Assembly: GCA_039802605.1 (NCBI GenBank)
Contig: JBDRWW010000001.1
Coordinates: forward strand, 1 to 64,000
From: a candidate division WOR-3 bacterium
Lineage (GTDB): Bacteria > Hydrothermota > Hydrothermia > LBFQ01
Reading direction: 5' to 3'
DNA length: 64,000 nucleotides
Shown: one piece after another, positions 59,982-64,000 of the stretch
Position numbering within the stretch: position 1 is the first letter of the stretch
How the letters are laid out: each line of letters begins with the position of its first letter
Position numbers and translations under genes: made by a program
Notes under the pieces: model-generated
The model's input: only the letters and a program-made list of their open reading frames with translations
The model's database searches: none
What the model was told of the DNA's origin: nothing

Positions 59982-60054
59982 GGGCCGTTAGCTCAGTTGG
60001 TAGAGCACCGGATTTTTAATCCGGGGGTCGCAGGTTCGATTCCTGCACGGCCCA
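59982..60054 (+). tRNA. tRNA-Lys(TTT), CCA not encoded
   Basis: Acceptor stem GGGCCGT/ACGGCCC, anticodon arm CCGGA-TTTTTAA-TCCGG, T-loop TTCGATT, discriminator A followed by TTT. Confidence 0.95.
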
Positions 60055-60057
60055 TTT

Positions 60058-61311
60058 TTGGCCAAAATTGTTGTTAAAGGCGGTAACGGGTTAAAGGGTT
60101 CCGTTAAAATAAGCGGTGCAAAAAATTCCGCCTTGGCATTAATACCCGTATCAATCCTGATCGATGGAAATGCGGAATTCGTAAATGTACCAAATGTCGA
60201 GGATGTCAGAACTATGCTTGAACTCTTAAGCGTTATGGGCTCTGAGGTTAGTTTTGATAAGGGTAATGTGTTTATCAATACATCCAACATCAAAGAGCCC
60301 TTTGCCCCTTATGAGTTTGTGAGCAAGATGAGGGCCTCTATATATGTTTTGGGCCCCCTTTTGGCAAGGTTTAAAAGGGCCAAGGTGGCTTTACCCGGGG
60401 GATGTGCCTTTGGCCCAAGACCTATAAACTTCCACTTGGAGGGTTTGAGGAAAATGGGGGCGGAAATAGAGATTGAACACGGGTATATAATAGCAAAGGC
60501 CAAAGAACTGAGAGGTGCGTATTTAACATTTGAAAAGAAATCAGTAGGGGCAACCATACACCTTATGACCACTGCGGTCTTTGCAAAAGGGGAAACGGTT
60601 ATAGATAACGCCGCAATAGAACCGGAAGTGGTGGATGTGGCCAAATTTTTAAAGAAATGTGGGGCAAATATTGAGGGGGAGGGGACCGATACCATTAGGG
60701 TTTATGGAGGGGGTTTCCTTAAAGGTGGTATAAAATACGGGGTAATACCCGATAGGATAGAGGCGGCAACCTTTATTATAGCATCCTTAATAACAAACGG
60801 GGAGGTTAGGGTTGAAGGCATAAGGCCAAAGGATATGGGAGCGGTAATATCAAAGCTTATGGAATGCGGGGGGCGTTTTGAAATCGGAGAGGATTATGTA
60901 TTGGTTAAACCTTCGGGAAGGTTGGAGGCCAAAGATGTTGAAACCGCCCCATTTCCCGGATTCCCAACGGATGTACAACCGCAATATATGGCCCTTATGA
61001 GTGTTTCTAATGGGAAATCCTTGATAAAGGAGGGTATATATCCCGATAGGTTTAAGCATGCCTTTGAACTTATAAGGTTGGGGGCTAATATAAAGGTTGG
61101 GGAAGGGTTTGCCATAGTTGAGGGGGTTGAATCCCTGAGTGGGGCACCGGTTGTGGGAAGCGATCTCAGGGCAACGGCATCTTTGGTTTTGGCCGGTCTT
61201 GTCGCAAAGGGTATAACGGAGGTGGATGGATACGAGCATATGCTAAGGGGTTATGAAAACTTTGAGGAGAAAATTAGAAATTTGGGGGCAGAATTGGAAG
61301 TCATTTTTTGA
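60058..61311 (+). CDS. murA: UDP-N-acetylglucosamine 1-carboxyvinyltransferase
   Basis: ISGAKNSAL, MRAS...LGPLLAR, LPGGCAFG.RP, PDRIEA.T, PGFPTD.Q, DLRA; TTG start. Confidence 0.97.
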   Translation: MAKIVVKGGNGLKGSVKISGAKNSALALIPVSILIDGNAEFVNVPNVEDVRTMLELLSVMGSEVSFDKGNVFINTSNIKEPFAPYEFVSKMRASIYVLGPLLARFKRAKVALPGGCAFGPRPINFHLEGLRKMGAEIEIEHGYIIAKAKELRGAYLTFEKKSVGATIHLMTTAVFAKGETVIDNAAIEPEVVDVAKFLKKCGANIEGEGTDTIRVYGGGFLKGGIKYGVIPDRIEAATFIIASLITNGEVRVEGIRPKDMGAVISKLMECGGRFEIGEDYVLVKPSGRLEAKDVETAPFPGFPTDVQPQYMALMSVSNGKSLIKEGIYPDRFKHAFELIRLGANIKVGEGFAIVEGVESLSGAPVVGSDLRATASLVLAGLVAKGITEVDGYEHMLRGYENFEEKIRNLGAELEVIF

Positions 61312-61346
61312 ACAACCGTTCAAATAACAGCCTTAAAATTTCCGGT

Positions 61347-63590
61347 ATGATATACCTTTTGGCGTATTACATAAGTGGTTATATTTATGGGGAGGATGGG
61401 AAACCCCTAGAGGCGGCAACGGTTATTCTTAAAAGATTACCGGATAGTTCAAATGCGGGCGGAACATATTCCGAAAAAGATGGTTTTTTCAAGATAATAA
61501 ATGTTCAACCGGGAAGGTATGTCTTAATAATAAAATTCGTGGGGTACGAGGATTTTTCAAGGGTGGTTGAGGTTTCGGATAGGGACGTTGATTTGGGGAG
61601 GATAGTTTTAAAGGAAAAAGCCATAAGGGTTGAGGAAGTAGAGGTAAAGGCGGAAGCACCCAAGATAACATACGAAGAGGGGAAAAGGGTTATAAGGTTT
61701 ACCGATGAAATAGTATCAAAGGGCGGTAATGCCTTAGAGGCTTTAAAGAATGTACCGGGTATAACCGTGGATAACAATGACAACATAAAAATTAGAAATT
61801 CCGAAAACATCACGCTTTATATAAACGGTAGGCCTACAATCCTGAGCCCTTCCGAGGCTTTAAGACAAATACCCGCCTCATCCATAGAAAAAATTGAAAT
61901 TATAACAAACCCATCGGCCAAATACGAGGCCGAAGGAAATGTTATAATGAATATCGTCCTTAAACAGAGCCAAGATAGGGGATTCTCCGCATCCTTAATG
62001 GGTAGGTTGGGAACTTATGATAACCTCGGCTTGAACGCATCTACGGGTATAAATACGGGTAAAACAAAAATTGTCCTAAGCGCAAACTATTTCAGTTTCA
62101 AAAGGATTATGGAAAGTGAAATAAAAGCCGAGCATCCTATAGCTTATGAGAGCGATGGAGAAAGGTACTTTAATATGAAACCTACGGGTATAAGGGGAAG
62201 TGTTGAACACCGCCTAACCAATAACGATATAGCAAATATTGAGGTGGATTTTGGTAGATGGAACTTCCTAATGGGTTGGTTGATGAATTATCCTTCCTAT
62301 AAATCGGATATGGATGTTAATATGGGAGGATTTAGGGGTTCCCTTTCGGTGGGGTATGTTAAGAAATTCCTAAAAAACCACAAGGTTGAGGGTATGGTTT
62401 TTTACGCCAAAAGGATGGGAAAGGAAAATACCGAAAGCTATTTCGGCGATTCTTTGGGTTTCAAGAGGACATCCGATATCTCAGGCAATAGGTGGAGGTT
62501 TAAACTGGACTATTCTTGGGATATAGGAGATAAGAGGAGGTTTGAGATGGGTTATCAATGGGATATTAATGAAAACTCGGATTCCCTCGTTTTTTACGAT
62601 TATAAAAACGGAAGCTTTATATTGGATACAACGGGAAATTATAGTATGAATGATGTTATAAACGCGGGCTATTTTATGTATTCAAACGCTTTGGGTATAT
62701 TCTCATACCAGTTGGGTTTGAGGGTGGAGTACGACGACAGGGTGATAAACGACGGAAATAGGGAATATCCCTTTAAATCGACGGATTTGTTCCCCTCTTT
62801 AAGTCTATCCTTCAATCCGGATATAATGAACTCTTACAGCATTACATATTCCCGTAGGATTTCAAGGCCGATGGGTTGGATGTTGGTGCCATTCCCAAGG
62901 CAAATAGATAACCTAAACTATCAAAGGGGAAACCCGAACTTAAAACCGGAATATACCCATTCCTTTGAAGCGGGTTATCAGAGGATGTTTAGACTTGGAA
63001 ACATTCAAATTGAAGGCTTTTATAAGAGGAGCGAAAACAAAATGGATTTCTATCCGTATTACGACACCTCCTTGCGTTCCATAGTATATACTTGGGAAAA
63101 TACGGGCATAGCCACACTTTCCGGTGCGGAAATATTTGTATCCTTGCAGCCATTTAAGCTTTTAAAGTTGGATTTTACGGTTGATGTCTATGATTATAGG
63201 GTGTATTACAAAGGGTTTTCAAGGAGCTTGGCCTACGACTTAAAGGGTAACCTTAGCGTAGGTTATGGCCCTATGGGTTTGCAGATAAGCGGTAGGTACA
63301 ATTCCCCGAGGGTTAGCGCAAGGGGCAAGGTCTTGGGTAGTTATGCCTTTGATATGGGTTTAAGGTTGCCTATTACAAGGAATATTTTCTTTATCGCCCA
63401 GTTTGACGATTTTATGAAATTGGACAAAGAGGTTTCTGAAATCAAAGATGAAAATTTAAAGATGACAACCACAACTTTGCGGAAATGGCCTTCAATTTCG
63501 GTTATGTTATTCTTTGATTATAACAATTTCAGAAAAATGCAACAAAGGGAGAAGAGGGAGCCCTTAGAGGAAGAGGTACCCATGTTTTGA
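61347..63590 (+). CDS. TonB-dependent receptor-like outer membrane beta-barrel with carboxypeptidase-regulatory-like N-domain
   Basis: ISG....DG.PL..ATV, L..VPGITVD, IE.IEIITNPSAKY.AEG, GNPNLKPE; start MIYLLA, 7 nt after TAAAAT. Confidence 0.88.
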   Translation: MIYLLAYYISGYIYGEDGKPLEAATVILKRLPDSSNAGGTYSEKDGFFKIINVQPGRYVLIIKFVGYEDFSRVVEVSDRDVDLGRIVLKEKAIRVEEVEVKAEAPKITYEEGKRVIRFTDEIVSKGGNALEALKNVPGITVDNNDNIKIRNSENITLYINGRPTILSPSEALRQIPASSIEKIEIITNPSAKYEAEGNVIMNIVLKQSQDRGFSASLMGRLGTYDNLGLNASTGINTGKTKIVLSANYFSFKRIMESEIKAEHPIAYESDGERYFNMKPTGIRGSVEHRLTNNDIANIEVDFGRWNFLMGWLMNYPSYKSDMDVNMGGFRGSLSVGYVKKFLKNHKVEGMVFYAKRMGKENTESYFGDSLGFKRTSDISGNRWRFKLDYSWDIGDKRRFEMGYQWDINENSDSLVFYDYKNGSFILDTTGNYSMNDVINAGYFMYSNALGIFSYQLGLRVEYDDRVINDGNREYPFKSTDLFPSLSLSFNPDIMNSYSITYSRRISRPMGWMLVPFPRQIDNLNYQRGNPNLKPEYTHSFEAGYQRMFRLGNIQIEGFYKRSENKMDFYPYYDTSLRSIVYTWENTGIATLSGAEIFVSLQPFKLLKLDFTVDVYDYRVYYKGFSRSLAYDLKGNLSVGYGPMGLQISGRYNSPRVSARGKVLGSYAFDMGLRLPITRNIFFIAQFDDFMKLDKEVSEIKDENLKMTTTTLRKWPSISVMLFFDYNNFRKMQQREKREPLEEEVPMF

Positions 63591-63594
63591 AAAA

Positions 63595-64000
63595 TTAAAA
63601 ACCAATATCCTTTACCCCAACCATGTAGGTGTTCCCCTTACCATCGGCAAATATCCCGTCCCTTATCAAATAAGGACCGTATTTTTTGAGGAATTCATAA
63701 CCTTTAAGGGCATCCTTACCCTTCAATATATCCTTTCCAACCAATTCCCCAAAATCGCCTATTGGTGTTGCTATTCTCCTAACATAAACCCTTTCCCAGA
63801 ATAAAACGATAACCTTAGGTTTTACTTCCCTGCCACATTTCGCATCCTTTATTGCCAGGAAAACCTCCTTTATTTTTTCGGGAAAGTTGGGAGGACCATA
63901 AACCTTTACGGTTTTTTGGAAGTTCCCCTTTTTGTATATAAAGGTAAAGAAGGGTAAGTCCGTTCCTTGCACCGAGAAATATGTATCCTGCAAATCCTTC
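63595..64000 (-). CDS. Hypothetical protein, 5' partial
   Basis: Frame is open to the window edge; TDLP...KTVKVYG.P; no confident family. Confidence 0.55.
   Translation of the reverse strand, partial: KDLQDTYFSVQGTDLPFFTFIYKKGNFQKTVKVYGPPNFPEKIKEVFLAIKDAKCGREVKPKVIVLFWERVYVRRIATPIGDFGELVGKDILKGKDALKGYEFLKKYGPYLIRDGIFADGKGNTYMVGVKDIGF

Noticed and set aside
60051..60054. Apparent encoded CCA at the end of tRNA-Lys
   Set aside because: CCC completes the acceptor stem pairing with the 5' GGG and A is the discriminator. The following bases are TTT.
1..64000. CRISPR array, rRNA, prophage or intact IS element
   Set aside because: By eye I saw no regularly spaced repeats, cas genes, rRNA-like stretches, phage structural genes or full transposase.

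Overview
A gene-dense chromosomal segment from a diderm and probably thermophilic bacterium. Type IX secretion (T9SS)-like C-terminal domains, TamB, LptD, HprK and compact proteins suggest an FCB-related lineage such as candidate division WOR-3, which is inference only. Most genes are housekeeping: leuS, rnr, surE, xerD, nadK, rpmB, ppdK, an orphan nuoG, queF, efp, accB, hprK, hflX, dnaK, nfo, murA and two tRNAs. There are also many envelope or secreted proteins, a Cyc2-like cytochrome-porin, merA behind an IS1 InsA-like ORF, and a small restriction-modification islet whose endonuclease is frameshifted. I saw no CRISPR array, rRNA or intact mobile element. The strongest signals concern gene expression and export. 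(1) About 25 transcription units begin with a TAnAAT box only 6-11 nt before the start codon, implying near-leaderless mRNAs. (2) Both tRNAs lack an encoded CCA and end exactly 3 nt before the start codon of the next gene (rpmB, murA), resembling tRNA punctuation. (3) About a dozen predicted exported proteins have only a 5-8 residue hydrophobic N-terminus instead of a normal signal peptide. (4) tamB appears to start at an ATA overlapping the rpmB stop. (5) The tRNA nucleotidyltransferase carries the loop deletion typical of CC-adding enzymes. Family assignments come from motif recognition by eye; no searches were run.
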